Assembly: GCA_021158105.1 (NCBI GenBank)
Contig: JAGGVH010000037.1
Location: forward strand, 1 to 40,904
Direction: 5' to 3'
Length of the DNA: 40,904 nucleotides
From: Candidatus Micrarchaeota archaeon
GTDB lineage: Archaea; Micrarchaeota; Micrarchaeia; Anstonellales; JAGGVH01
Position 1 is the first letter of the stretch; the number at the start of each line of letters is the position of its first letter. Positions 9,195 to 19,792 of this stretch are shown in pieces. The notes under the pieces are model-generated. The model was not told where the DNA came from and made no database searches. It saw nothing but the letters and a program-made list of their open reading frames with translations. A program made the position numbers and the translations under genes.

Positions 9195-10625
9195 TTATGG
9201 TTGTTCTTCAATGTTATTGATTATCCTTATATATTCAGCAAGTTTTCTTGCCCATGTTGGCATCTTATCCATCGGAGTTAGCTTGCGACCCACTATTTTC
9301 TTGTGGGACTTCTGATACACAATCTTTAGAATGTTTAGATATTCATCACGTATATAATCAAAATCATCATCAGTTAGTTTGGTTAAGAGTTCTTTATAAA
9401 ACTCATACTTTTTGAGCTTGCCCCAAAAAACTCTATACCTTATCTTATCAAGCGGATTGTTGAACCTCCTTAAATAAGGTGCACCATAATAATCTGAAGG
9501 TTTGATTTCATCACTGCCTAAAGCGTTCTTAATATCTTTTTCAAGAGTAGGGATTTCGTTTGACAAGAACTTTATCATACCTAAGTATACAGTATTAACA
9601 AACTCTTTCTCGGTTAAATACGGCAACTGCTTACCTATTGCATAAATCCCTTTATATGATTTCTTCAGTGCTTCCCTCATAACAGATGGCACATACCATT
9701 CATCAGAATTACCATCTGTCTTGTAGTAACCTCTATACAAACCGTCTGTGACCATTTTAGCCATGATATCCATTAGTGGCACAAAATCAATGCTGTATGC
9801 TTCATAATCCTGCTCATACATCTTCTCATCATACAACATTTCAGCTTCTGCTCTCCATGTGAAGAACGTATCATACTCTTCTTTAAACTGTTCTTCTGGT
9901 GCAGTATACAATTCACCAATGTTTTCCCACCTCTTAAAAATAATGCTGTTATTGATTACTTTCTTGTCAGATATGATTACCTTACGGCCTAACACGTCTT
10001 TTCCCCCAACATATTTCCATGGGAATTTGTAAGGCGGGTTTTTAACATCAAACAATGAGTCATACCCTTCCAATACCCTGTTATCATGGTATTCTGGGAT
10101 AACATGGATTAATGTTTTGGGGAATTTGGTAATCTTTACTCTATCAGGAGAGTATAACATAAAAGTAACTGTCTCTAAAAATAAAACCCTTTCCTGCTCA
10201 CGTTTTAACTCATCACCTGTTACCTTATCAAGCATCATCTTCTGCAGAGTTTCGATCTCATACCTTCGAATGTCAAGAATCATATCATACATAAGGTTAA
10301 ACGTCATACGAATAGCCTTGTCCGTCTGTTCAGGATTTAATCTTTTAAATTCACTTTTTAATCTTTCACTAACATCAGACAAATAATCTTCTGGAGATGC
10401 AGAATCTTCATTCTGGCAAACATTCTTTAGATACCTCCTAAAACCCTCTGCCTCATGAACAATTACAGGAAACACCTTTTCAACAGTGTCAGGATCTCTT
10501 ATAAACTTATTAACCATCTCAACCCATGGATTGAACGCATATGACTTAAAAATGTTCTCATTTTTTGATTTATCTGTGTCTGATTGCATATCACGAACAT
10601 CTTTTTCATTTGGTTTCGGTTTCAT
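9195..10625 (-). CDS. Hypothetical protein (476 aa), downstream partner of the 1011-aa gene
   Basis: Long ORF on the same strand, 19 bp downstream of the 10645..13680 gene, so a likely operon. Aromatic-rich and soluble-looking, no recognisable motif. Confidence 0.5.
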   Translation of the reverse strand: MKPKPNEKDVRDMQSDTDKSKNENIFKSYAFNPWVEMVNKFIRDPDTVEKVFPVIVHEAEGFRRYLKNVCQNEDSASPEDYLSDVSERLKSEFKRLNPEQTDKAIRMTFNLMYDMILDIRRYEIETLQKMMLDKVTGDELKREQERVLFLETVTFMLYSPDRVKITKFPKTLIHVIPEYHDNRVLEGYDSLFDVKNPPYKFPWKYVGGKDVLGRKVIISDKKVINNSIIFKRWENIGELYTAPEEQFKEEYDTFFTWRAEAEMLYDEKMYEQDYEAYSIDFVPLMDIMAKMVTDGLYRGYYKTDGNSDEWYVPSVMREALKKSYKGIYAIGKQLPYLTEKEFVNTVYLGMIKFLSNEIPTLEKDIKNALGSDEIKPSDYYGAPYLRRFNNPLDKIRYRVFWGKLKKYEFYKELLTKLTDDDFDYIRDEYLNILKIVYQKSHKKIVGRKLTPMDKMPTWARKLAEYIRIINNIEEQP

Positions 10626-10644
10626 ACAACCACCTCATACTTAC

Positions 10645-13600
10645 TCAACGGTTTGGATTGGCATATGTTTTAGTCGTTTTCAACATCGAAGACCTCTTGG
10701 CACCAGTCTGTTCAACCATCAACGCAGAACGGTTAACTAATCTTAACCCATGCAATGGATTAATGCCATACGGCTGGACCTTACTTATCTCACCTAACCC
10801 TTGATATGATTTCAGTGCATCAACCACAGATTTACCTTCACTATTAGTAAAATATGGCAAGTCACTCATCCGAATCTTTTTTATAGACCTTATTTCTTCT
10901 AAATTAAACCCAGAATTCTTTAAGTATTTCACTGCAGATTCCATAACATCTGACCTGGACGTAGAACTTGAATTGTAATATGTGATAACCCTCATAGCCG
11001 CCCGCTCAGCAGGGTCAACCACATGTCCCAAAACAGTTCTTGTTTCTTCAACAGTAGTCACAGGAGTAATCTTAAGTTCTGCACTAATCCCATTAAGATT
11101 CTTGTTCATGTTGTACAACCATTGTTTGAAATTTGCTGAAATATCAACATTCTGTGAAGAGGAGATTATATATGTACTCGGTCCAACCCTCACTACCTCT
11201 GCTGATGACAAAAGGCCGTCAGGCATACTGTTCTCAGTAATTGCTATCCGATAATTACCCATATCATGTCCCACCAAATTATAATGGATTATGTCAAGCT
11301 TGTTAGCTTTATCAACTCTTAACAATCCTTTGCCCTGGTTTTCAATGGACAGACCTGAGAAAGTTTTCTTCAATTCAGGACTTTTGACATAATCGTTAAC
11401 ATCAACAACATAAACCTTCCTACCTTGTTTAACCATTTTTGCAGCATACCTTTCAGCTTCAGATTGTTTCATTGAACCGAGTGACCGGTTGTTCACTACA
11501 CTACTCTTCCCAAAAATTATAGTGCTCAATTGTTCTGCCTTTTGAGAACTCTGTTCAGCTGCACCTATCAGTTTATTGATTCCTTCATTCTTGACAATAT
11601 AATATGCATTATCTACTGAAAGCATATTTTTACCTTCCCAATGCACCCTTAAAAAGTCATCAACGGTTTGTTCTGAGATTATACCCTTCTTAACGATAGG
11701 CCTTAACGACTTTCTAACTGCATCTTCAAAACCCATAAAATGTTTATTATAAACCTGGTTAAACACGTCGTCTGGTGCAGTAGTAATAAAATAAAGTTCG
11801 TCACCACCTTGAAGGTTGGCCATGGTCTTATAACCCATTCCTTCAATTTCCTTTCTAACACGGCCAAACATCTTTTTATATTCTAACAAAACTGCATCTC
11901 CAAACCTTTTTGAAGTAGTATTATTAATAGTACTAGTATTGGCCTTGTCAAAAGAATAGATGTATACTTTATCAATGTTAGGGTCAGCATTAAGCTTTTC
12001 AAGAAATTTTGTTGTATTCTTTCCCAACTGGGAATTATTAACACTTGGAACCCGCATTTCAGATGTAAAATAATCTATCATCCTGTACTCTGCGACCCCG
12101 GCAACAGCTGTACCTGCCAACATTGCTGACTGGATAACAATTGGCATGACAGGACTTTTTCCTTCTTTTACTAATTCTCCATACACCTCAGCGTTCTTTG
12201 CAGTACCGCCATAATACAACACACCCATACCTGCCATTTCTGTGCCAGACAACCCGATCTGTAATCCATAACTTAACGTGCCAGACATTCGTGTGGCAGC
12301 ACTCAACGCGCCAATTCCTGAACGTGCCACTGGCGCAAAACTGACAATCATCGTGCCAAGCTCCAACTGGGTGTCTGCAGATGCCAAATCAAAGGTATTA
12401 GTCCTGATTTGTGTGTAAAGTTTTGATGCGCTCTCCAGAGCAAAATAACTCGATCCTATATAAATCAATCCTACGCCCACACTTGCCCCGACACCTGTCG
12501 CACTTAACGCTGCACCGCCCACTATCGCTCCAGCGGCCAATACATCATCAGCAGTCATCTCCTTCTTCTTCTCAACAAACGTACCATCACGAAACCCATA
12601 AACACCCGGTGCAAACCGTGACACATCAACAAGTCGTTTTACTAAATTGTTAGCAACTTCATTCTTATTGTTCTCACCAACATAATCCTCCAATGCCTCA
12701 CCAGTCATAGGGTTGACTGCAATAATCTTTGTAACATTTTCTCGTACTGGTGCCATGACACCAAGCCGCCCCAATTCATTTGGCGACCTTTCAACTTTCT
12801 TAACTGTCACTTCCCTCAACAGCACTGGAACTGTTGACAATGACAATGCAGTGCCATCAGGATTTTTAGTAAGATATCTAATAGGATAAACAATTATCCC
12901 CTTCTCCTTTAAATATTCTGGGCGTATACATCTATTTGTCAAATCACTAATATCTTCCTTGCTTAAACCCAAGTTCTCTAAAGCCTTTATGTATTTTTCC
13001 TGTGAAATTAATGAAGCATCAATCAGATTAATCTGTGCAACCGAAGATTTTAAATCCTCTGAAGAAGGCGTATAACCTTTTGTTAGAACATTATCCTTAA
13101 CCTCATTAAATTTCTTATCAACTTCCTGCCTGATCTGACCGATAATTTCGTTTTCAGTATTAGTACTGACCTGTTCAGTGTAATGAAATTTTGCTTGGAT
13201 CTTAACAGGCCTAATATTAGAAATCTCACTAATCACATCAGGATTAAGATTAATCTTTGTTTTAGCAGACATTGCAATCTCATTCAGTGCATTAGATACA
13301 TCATTAGCGAATTCGGTATCATTACGAACAACAGAAGCATTGTTTATTCTCTCGTTAAAATTCTCAATCTTATTTGTTATGTCATTATGACTACCAAGAT
13401 AACTTTTGATTGTATTCAAATCCCTCATCATCATTTCAAACTCGTCGTTACTGATGTCTACCTTATTCCTAAACAAACTGTTCAGAGCATCATCAAACGT
13501 CAACCGGTTTGTAGGAGTGGCATACTTTGTAATATCGATTGATACAGTTTGATTACTGGCGGCCCATTCTTTCTTCCTTTGCATTGCACGTTCTTGAATC

Positions 13601-13680
13601 TTTTGGGCCAACTCTTGCAGTCTCTTGGTTGCATTTTCAACCTCAGCTTTATCCTTTTCCATCAAAAACGGTCCTGACAT
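10645..13680 (-). CDS. Large (1011 aa) membrane-associated protein with N-terminal coiled coil, central Gly/Ala-rich glycine-zipper segment, possible GGDEF-like palm region
   Basis: ATG at 13680. Residues 1-300 are heptad and charged (coiled-coil-like). The central stretch AAGAIVGGAALSATGVGASVGVGLIYIG...GLQIGLSGTEMAGMGVLYYGG has GxxxG repeats. Downstream, SFDKAN...FGDAVLLEYKKMFGRV...ANLQGGDELYFIT weakly resembles the GGDEF A-site region. Confidence 0.55.
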   Translation of the reverse strand: MSGPFLMEKDKAEVENATKRLQELAQKIQERAMQRKKEWAASNQTVSIDITKYATPTNRLTFDDALNSLFRNKVDISNDEFEMMMRDLNTIKSYLGSHNDITNKIENFNERINNASVVRNDTEFANDVSNALNEIAMSAKTKINLNPDVISEISNIRPVKIQAKFHYTEQVSTNTENEIIGQIRQEVDKKFNEVKDNVLTKGYTPSSEDLKSSVAQINLIDASLISQEKYIKALENLGLSKEDISDLTNRCIRPEYLKEKGIIVYPIRYLTKNPDGTALSLSTVPVLLREVTVKKVERSPNELGRLGVMAPVRENVTKIIAVNPMTGEALEDYVGENNKNEVANNLVKRLVDVSRFAPGVYGFRDGTFVEKKKEMTADDVLAAGAIVGGAALSATGVGASVGVGLIYIGSSYFALESASKLYTQIRTNTFDLASADTQLELGTMIVSFAPVARSGIGALSAATRMSGTLSYGLQIGLSGTEMAGMGVLYYGGTAKNAEVYGELVKEGKSPVMPIVIQSAMLAGTAVAGVAEYRMIDYFTSEMRVPSVNNSQLGKNTTKFLEKLNADPNIDKVYIYSFDKANTSTINNTTSKRFGDAVLLEYKKMFGRVRKEIEGMGYKTMANLQGGDELYFITTAPDDVFNQVYNKHFMGFEDAVRKSLRPIVKKGIISEQTVDDFLRVHWEGKNMLSVDNAYYIVKNEGINKLIGAAEQSSQKAEQLSTIIFGKSSVVNNRSLGSMKQSEAERYAAKMVKQGRKVYVVDVNDYVKSPELKKTFSGLSIENQGKGLLRVDKANKLDIIHYNLVGHDMGNYRIAITENSMPDGLLSSAEVVRVGPSTYIISSSQNVDISANFKQWLYNMNKNLNGISAELKITPVTTVEETRTVLGHVVDPAERAAMRVITYYNSSSTSRSDVMESAVKYLKNSGFNLEEIRSIKKIRMSDLPYFTNSEGKSVVDALKSYQGLGEISKVQPYGINPLHGLRLVNRSALMVEQTGAKRSSMLKTTKTYANPNR

Positions 13681-13734
13681 GATTAAATTTAGTAAACCAC
13701 GATTTTAAATAACTTTCTTTTAAAATTTGTTATC

Positions 13735-14265
13735 ATGAAACAAAACAAAAGTCATGACCTACAACACAAAAACCTTAAACACAAAACAAAAAGTGCACCA
13801 AAACCAAAAATTATCACACATGACAATAAAAAAATTCATGAATCAGTCGGGGCAGTCATAATAAGAAACAAAAAGGTTTTGATGATTGACCGTGCTAATT
13901 ATCCATACGGATGGGCGTGCCCTGCTGGTCATGTCGATGCAGGAGAAAAACCTGACACTGCCGTTGTAAGAGAAGTAAAAGAAGAGACAGGGTTAAACAT
14001 AACATTTGCAAAAGAAGTCATGACAGAGTTTGTTGAATGGAACGATTGTGTTTACGGCGTCAAAGGACACTTGTGGCATGTGTACATTGCAACAGGGGAA
14101 GGTGAAGTGAAAATCAACAAAGAAGTTAAAGACTGGGCATGGAAAACATTAACTGAGATTGAACAGTTGTCATCAAATAATAAACTCGAGCCTGTGTGGG
14201 CTTACTGGTTTAAAAAGATTAGAAATGTAAGAGTTTTAGATTTTATTGATTCATTATTGATTTAA
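13735..14265 (+). CDS. NUDIX hydrolase
   Basis: Nudix box GHVDAGEKPDTAVVREVKEETGL (Gx5Ex7REUxEExGU). It has a basic N-terminal extension and is divergent from the large gene, with starts 54 bp apart. Confidence 0.7.
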   Translation: MKQNKSHDLQHKNLKHKTKSAPKPKIITHDNKKIHESVGAVIIRNKKVLMIDRANYPYGWACPAGHVDAGEKPDTAVVREVKEETGLNITFAKEVMTEFVEWNDCVYGVKGHLWHVYIATGEGEVKINKEVKDWAWKTLTEIEQLSSNNKLEPVWAYWFKKIRNVRVLDFIDSLLI

Positions 14266-15819
14266 TTGATTTAACAATTCTAAAAACAACTTTTTATTTT
14301 GGTCATCTAACCCTGAAGAATAAAGATTACTTTTAAATTCGGATATATCATGGGAAGTAAAACCTAAACCTATATTATTTTTGTGTTTTATGCTTAACTT
14401 CAGAAATTTCATAGAATTATCATAGTCATCAAACAAAAAATTTAACTTTGATAATGTAAAATAATCTGGAACGCTCCAACTATCAAGGTCATAATCAGTA
14501 CTAACATTATTGTTTGCAAAGGCTACAATTTCTTTTAATGATGGCTTTTGATTAAGTGAATCCAACCTTTCAGCAATAGGCGTAACCTCTCCAGCGATGT
14601 TAATATATTTAGCTGACATAATAGCCAATTCTCCTGCAGTGCTCATTTTCCCATGTTTCGCATAAGATTGAGCGGCAAAATAGGCAAGATAACTAAACAT
14701 AGAAAAGCTATCAAAAATATCCTTTTTCCTTGACAACATACCTTCCATTCCTCTCCCAATACTTTCTTCTCTATGAGCAGAATAATAGTTGATTTCTTCA
14801 TACATATATTTTAGGTCAAGCAACCGGTATTCTATTTCTTTAGATAATGGATTATCAAAATTATTATGATTTTCATGCGAAACCATCTTGTCAATAATTC
14901 TTTTAACATAATCCAAATTCTCATTAGTCATATCTTTTGAGAAATTATGTAAAATTATCAAAAAATAGTAAGAATACTTAAACCCGTCCATATCAACATA
15001 CATGCCGTGAGATGTAGAATCAATTGAGTAATGGTATTCACCAACCATTTCTAAAAATTTATCCTCTTCATTTATATAATACTCAATAGAATCCAATGAT
15101 GAAGATGTATATAAATCAAAATATTCATCCATGACTAACCTTGTAAGGTAACTTAATTGATTTGGGTCTTTGATTGTAGGAATAAAACGTTTACAAAGTT
15201 TAATAAATTCATTACCAGAATATTTTTCTATAAAAGGAACTGCAATGTTAAAATACATACTATCATTAGTTTTCTCGCTCAACATATACAAATATTCTAT
15301 AATTATAGAATTAGTTCTTTCAATAAATGATGGATCTTCTAATTTTGATAATGAGGTTGTGTCCAACTGCGACCTGATAACATTAAATTGCTTATCAACC
15401 TGTTCCACGTCTTCATAAGGTAAAACCGGAAGAAGGTTCTCAATATTGCTCATATAGTTTTCATACTTTGACGTCCATGTCAATAAATAATAAATAATCG
15501 ATGCATTCTTTTTATCTTTATTTGATATCCCATCCGCATATTCGACCAAAGGAGATGAATCACCAGTTTTAAGATAATAGTCTATCAAAAATTCACCTAA
15601 AAGTAAATCTTCTGTTGAAAGACTATTACTTTTTACAATAAAATTATTATCATCCAGTAAAGGTTTGAATTCTTTTATAAAGTATGTTGTATTTTTATGA
15701 ATAGTTTCTTCCAATGGTGCACCTGCTACTGTTGAAAAAGTCAACATTGCACTGCTTAAACCTAATATCCTCATACCTTTTTTAAACCGAACCATATTAT
15801 ACATTATGTCCACAAACAT
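14254..15819 (-). CDS. Secreted hypothetical protein (signal peptide)
   Basis: 521-aa ORF. MRILGLSSAMLTFSTVAGAPLEE looks like a signal peptide, and the true start may be that internal Met. Asn/Tyr-rich, no motif recognised. Confidence 0.5.
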   Translation of the reverse strand: MFVDIMYNMVRFKKGMRILGLSSAMLTFSTVAGAPLEETIHKNTTYFIKEFKPLLDDNNFIVKSNSLSTEDLLLGEFLIDYYLKTGDSSPLVEYADGISNKDKKNASIIYYLLTWTSKYENYMSNIENLLPVLPYEDVEQVDKQFNVIRSQLDTTSLSKLEDPSFIERTNSIIIEYLYMLSEKTNDSMYFNIAVPFIEKYSGNEFIKLCKRFIPTIKDPNQLSYLTRLVMDEYFDLYTSSSLDSIEYYINEEDKFLEMVGEYHYSIDSTSHGMYVDMDGFKYSYYFLIILHNFSKDMTNENLDYVKRIIDKMVSHENHNNFDNPLSKEIEYRLLDLKYMYEEINYYSAHREESIGRGMEGMLSRKKDIFDSFSMFSYLAYFAAQSYAKHGKMSTAGELAIMSAKYINIAGEVTPIAERLDSLNQKPSLKEIVAFANNNVSTDYDLDSWSVPDYFTLSKLNFLFDDYDNSMKFLKLSIKHKNNIGLGFTSHDISEFKSNLYSSGLDDQNKKLFLELLNQLNQ

Positions 15820-15847
15820 TTAAAAATAATAAACACAAGATAAATTT

Positions 15848-16840
15848 ATGACAAGAAAAAAACAAACCAAAGATTATGACAGCCCATATTTGAATCTTAT
15901 AGCAAGACAGGGATATCACATCATAGGACATCATTCTGGGATTAAACCGTGCAAATGGTTTCATGAATCATTGCGCGGGGGGATACAATGTTATAAAAAT
16001 AAGTTTTATGGTATCAAATCTCATCAGTGTATGCAGTCAACACCTGTCCTGCAGTTCTGTACTAATGCATGCATATTCTGTTGGAGGATGATGCCTGAAA
16101 AAAAGAATGATGACCTGCCCCAGCCGGGGTTCAAGTGGGACCCGCCAGAATTCATCGCTGAGAAATTGATAGAAGAACAATTAAAATTCGTTCAAGGGTA
16201 TAAAGGCTATGACAAGACACCAAAAGACAGGTTAGAAGAGGCATTACATCCCAAGCTTGCCACGTTGTCATTGACAGGTGAACCCACGATTTATCCCTAC
16301 CTCAGCGAACTAATAACCGAGTTTAAAAAACGCGGGATGTATGTGTTCTTGGTAACAAACGGCACGCTCCCTGAGAGATTAAGAAAGTTAAAAGAACTGC
16401 CCACACAGTTGTACATTTCAATGGATGCACCTGATAATGAAACATTTCAAAAGGTATGCAGGTCGCACCTTACAGATGGGTGGGAAAGATATAACCAGTC
16501 ATTAGAATTTCTAAACACAGTAAAAGGCAAAACTCGGACAGTTCTCAGGATGACGTTGATAAGAGGACATAATGACAATAACCTTAAAGGGTATGCTGAA
16601 CAGATAAAAGTGGCACAACCCGATTATGTTGAGGTTAAAAGTTTTGTGTATGTGGGAGGAGCACGAAACCCTGACAGGGGACTGAAATTAAGTGACATGT
16701 TACGTATTGAAGAGATAAGAAAAATCGCAGATGAATTAAGAAAGATGACCAGTTATATCATAACCGATGAGCATGTGCCGTCACGGGTCGTACTATTATG
16801 CAGGGATAAAAATGCAATTGATAACAGGTTCATTGAATAA
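15848..16840 (+). CDS. taw1: tRNA 4-demethylwyosine synthase Taw1 (TYW1 homolog), radical SAM
   Basis: N-terminus YHIIGHHSGIKPCKWFHESL and radical-SAM cluster CTNACIFCWR (Cx3Cx2C) are present, as is the typical TYW1 C-terminal region. Confidence 0.75.
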   Translation: MTRKKQTKDYDSPYLNLIARQGYHIIGHHSGIKPCKWFHESLRGGIQCYKNKFYGIKSHQCMQSTPVLQFCTNACIFCWRMMPEKKNDDLPQPGFKWDPPEFIAEKLIEEQLKFVQGYKGYDKTPKDRLEEALHPKLATLSLTGEPTIYPYLSELITEFKKRGMYVFLVTNGTLPERLRKLKELPTQLYISMDAPDNETFQKVCRSHLTDGWERYNQSLEFLNTVKGKTRTVLRMTLIRGHNDNNLKGYAEQIKVAQPDYVEVKSFVYVGGARNPDRGLKLSDMLRIEEIRKIADELRKMTSYIITDEHVPSRVVLLCRDKNAIDNRFIE

Positions 16841-17888
16841 CCCTTCTTCGTTTTGCCATTTCCATAAGATATTTAGTCTTGTGGTTTATTACATTTGAAA
16901 GATTCCTTAACAATGCAAGATTAACATTTGTATCGCTTGTGAACAGTTTAGTCTCATCATCAACAGGGAGAGCACCATAAGGATATTGTTCAATGATAAT
17001 CTTAAGGTCTTTAGGAGTAACATCAAGAAACTTGGCAATCCCAACAAGTGCATTGTTAGAAACATCAATCATTTCCAATGATATGTGGTATGCAAAAAAT
17101 AATTGCCTAATCTTAGGGTAAACACGTTGGACAAGGATGGTCCTTATCAATTTCATGTTAGGATCAAGTTCAACATTGACACTTTGTATGTCATCGTTTT
17201 TTTGCGGTTCAGGAACAACATTTTCAAAAATTTCATTTTCATCCAATAGATTCAAAGGATCAATAAAACCCTTTTCAGCATCACTTTCAGCATCCACACC
17301 AGCATCATCTGACAACACGTCAAAAGGGTCCATTAAAAAATCAACCTCCGGCGGTTCAATGATTTCAGGAGATTTATTCTGCTTAGTATCAGTTTCAATG
17401 TTAGTTTTACTGGTTTCATCTTCAACCTTTTTTATAGCGTCATCAATAAAACTTAAACGTGTATGAACGTCAACTGCCTCTAATATTTTAATAGTGTGCG
17501 ACACAGTAAATAAAACATTAGAATATTCCTCATCACTCAAATTAAGCTGTGCCTTGTCAACATTACCCAGCGCATATTCTATCAAGTTTATCATCACCTT
17601 TTCATCCTTAACAATCTGTCTGCTCCCGCTGTATCCCAAGAATACATTTCTTATTACTTCTGCAGACACCATTGCACAAAAAACAGGGTTGTCAGCTGAA
17701 TCATGCTTTATATGGTAAAGATAATCAAAAGCCATTTTTTGAATATTATAAACCAACAAAGAAACACTATACTTTAAACGATCATCAGGATCATCTTTAA
17801 CCCATTCGTTATTATTCTTAAGTTTGCTCTGTCCAATAGCACCATTATTAAGTCCTTTAAAATAGGTTTTCATGATAATACTACTCAT
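16830..17888 (-). CDS. Hypothetical acidic protein
   Basis: 352-aa ORF with a very acidic central region (DDAGVDAESDAEKGFIDPLNLLDENEIFENVVPEP). No motif recognised. Confidence 0.45.
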   Translation of the reverse strand: MSSIIMKTYFKGLNNGAIGQSKLKNNNEWVKDDPDDRLKYSVSLLVYNIQKMAFDYLYHIKHDSADNPVFCAMVSAEVIRNVFLGYSGSRQIVKDEKVMINLIEYALGNVDKAQLNLSDEEYSNVLFTVSHTIKILEAVDVHTRLSFIDDAIKKVEDETSKTNIETDTKQNKSPEIIEPPEVDFLMDPFDVLSDDAGVDAESDAEKGFIDPLNLLDENEIFENVVPEPQKNDDIQSVNVELDPNMKLIRTILVQRVYPKIRQLFFAYHISLEMIDVSNNALVGIAKFLDVTPKDLKIIIEQYPYGALPVDDETKLFTSDTNVNLALLRNLSNVINHKTKYLMEMAKRRRVIQ

Positions 17889-17917
17889 TAAAAATTTATA
17901 AGCCTTGTGCTTTGAAT

Positions 17918-18946
17918 TTATATCTTAAACCTTAGCACTGCCACCAAACCACCAAAACCTTTCAACTTCCTGCCAGAATCACTGTCAGACGAGAATAATA
18001 CATAATTAACATTTTTCTTGTCGGCCATGGTGAGTATTTGTTGTACATCTTCCCTTTTTATAAGTTCTTCGTGAACCAAAAGCCTGTCAATTGCACCGTA
18101 ATCCATTGCAAGCTTAACCTTCTCAATACCATAAACACATAACCCGTCATCCTTGCCTATGTGCATCATTGCTTCATTCAACAATCGCGCCTCTTCAGCA
18201 AGCTGATGCTCTTTAACAACATTTGACAATGAATTCTTGACAACTTCATTAACCCCTGCCCTTCCGGAAACAGAAGTATTAACAAATAACGTCCGTTCTA
18301 AGAGTTGGTTATTATTCTTTTCTATATATTTTTTTAATGCGTCTTTTGTAAACCCCGGTCCTCCTACTATAACCTTGCCTTCAGGGAAAACTGTTTCAAT
18401 CATCTTAACAACCTCACTTATGTATTTTATGAAATTATCAGAATAGTTAGGGTCACGCTTTGATGTGTGAGAATAGACCTCTCCAACATCTTCAGTGCCA
18501 TAAGCCAACACTTTAGAAAAAACTGCAAACTCATCATCAAGGACTACTATCCCCAGTTTAACCTTTTGCGAATGCGACAATGCCGTTTTTATTATATTCA
18601 GATCACTGGAATTAAACTCCTTCTTAATTTTAATACTGTTATTAGGTTTAACTTCAATAGTATGGTACTGCCCGACCTGAACAAACTCTTCTGGTCTTCC
18701 AGATGCAATCCTCCCAGTGACACGGAGGCTGACACCGTACTTTGAAAATTCAACCTTCTCAGCTTCAATTGTTATGTACACCGGCTTGCGTTCGGCGGGT
18801 GCATCAGGCCTGGGCCTGAACAATCGCAAACTCTTACCGCTAACCATAGCCCCAGGCGTTATAACCTTTTCTAAATACCACAAATCCTCAACACCTTCTG
18901 GGGTTGCTAACAATGTCTGTTCTTTCTTGTTGATCTGTGCCTTCAT
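17918..18946 (-). CDS. pelA: Protein pelota (Dom34 homolog), mRNA surveillance
   Basis: The N-terminal EDLWYLEKVITPGAMV motif, overall length and domain order match archaeal Pelota. The eRF1-type GGQ motif is absent. The central region is VIVGGPGFTKDALKKY. Confidence 0.8.
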   Translation of the reverse strand: MKAQINKKEQTLLATPEGVEDLWYLEKVITPGAMVSGKSLRLFRPRPDAPAERKPVYITIEAEKVEFSKYGVSLRVTGRIASGRPEEFVQVGQYHTIEVKPNNSIKIKKEFNSSDLNIIKTALSHSQKVKLGIVVLDDEFAVFSKVLAYGTEDVGEVYSHTSKRDPNYSDNFIKYISEVVKMIETVFPEGKVIVGGPGFTKDALKKYIEKNNNQLLERTLFVNTSVSGRAGVNEVVKNSLSNVVKEHQLAEEARLLNEAMMHIGKDDGLCVYGIEKVKLAMDYGAIDRLLVHEELIKREDVQQILTMADKKNVNYVLFSSDSDSGRKLKGFGGLVAVLRFKI

Positions 18947-18972
18947 GATAGATAAAAAGAAGAAAAGGGTTT

Positions 18973-19758
18973 TTATACGTTCTCATCAGTTGCCAGATGT
19001 TTCTCCAAAGTATTAATAATATCTTCTGCGTCTTGTTTTAATTGTTTACTCTTATGTTCATACTCGTCTGCCCTTTCCAATAAGTGGTCTGCGTATGACA
19101 AAAGGTCCTGGATTAACTGTTTAGCATGTTCAACTTCTGTTCCAACTTTTGTCCTGACCAGTCGTGTGAACAAACGATTAGGAGGAGATGCATCTTCAAG
19201 CCTTTTTCTTTTCTTTAACACCCCTACCATTTCTAAAACTCCTATGGACAACATACTCAACACTGATAACCCTGCTAATATTTCTGATGCAAGCAGGTTG
19301 TTCAACTGATAAAAATAATATAAAGACGCTCCGCCAGTGATTATTGCAATGGGTAATCCTATAAATATAGAATTCCTTTGCAAGTTTATTATGTTTTTCA
19401 TGTTTGCAAGAATATCAGTTTCATAATTCTCACGGTCAGTTATAGCATTATCCAACTTAATCTTTTCTTGTATGTTTTTTTGGTCATCAATCTTAACATC
19501 AACACGATCCTCAACCAGTGTTGCCATCTGTTTAAGCTGTTCAATCATCTTTGATGCTTCATTATAATTTATATACATCTCTTCAACAGACATATTATCA
19601 GAAAGGTGTTTCATCTTCATAATTTCATCCAACAATAATGTCGCCTCACTGATTTTGCCTTTCTTAATATCCTTTTCCGCATAAAAAACCATCTTTCTAA
19701 TCTTCCTTAACATCGCCTTATCATATTTTTTATGTTTTTTTGTGTTCAATTTTGCCAT
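18973..19758 (-). CDS. Hypothetical membrane protein (coiled coil - 2 TM - coiled coil)
   Basis: 261 aa with two central hydrophobic helices (IFIGLPIAIITGGASLYYFYQL and LAGLSVLSMLSIGVLEMVGVL) flanked by charged helical regions. It lies upstream of the shared promoter motif. Confidence 0.45.
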   Translation of the reverse strand: MAKLNTKKHKKYDKAMLRKIRKMVFYAEKDIKKGKISEATLLLDEIMKMKHLSDNMSVEEMYINYNEASKMIEQLKQMATLVEDRVDVKIDDQKNIQEKIKLDNAITDRENYETDILANMKNIINLQRNSIFIGLPIAIITGGASLYYFYQLNNLLASEILAGLSVLSMLSIGVLEMVGVLKKRKRLEDASPPNRLFTRLVRTKVGTEVEHAKQLIQDLLSYADHLLERADEYEHKSKQLKQDAEDIINTLEKHLATDENV

Positions 19759-19792
19759 ACAACCACCAAATTACATCAGTCCACAAATAATA

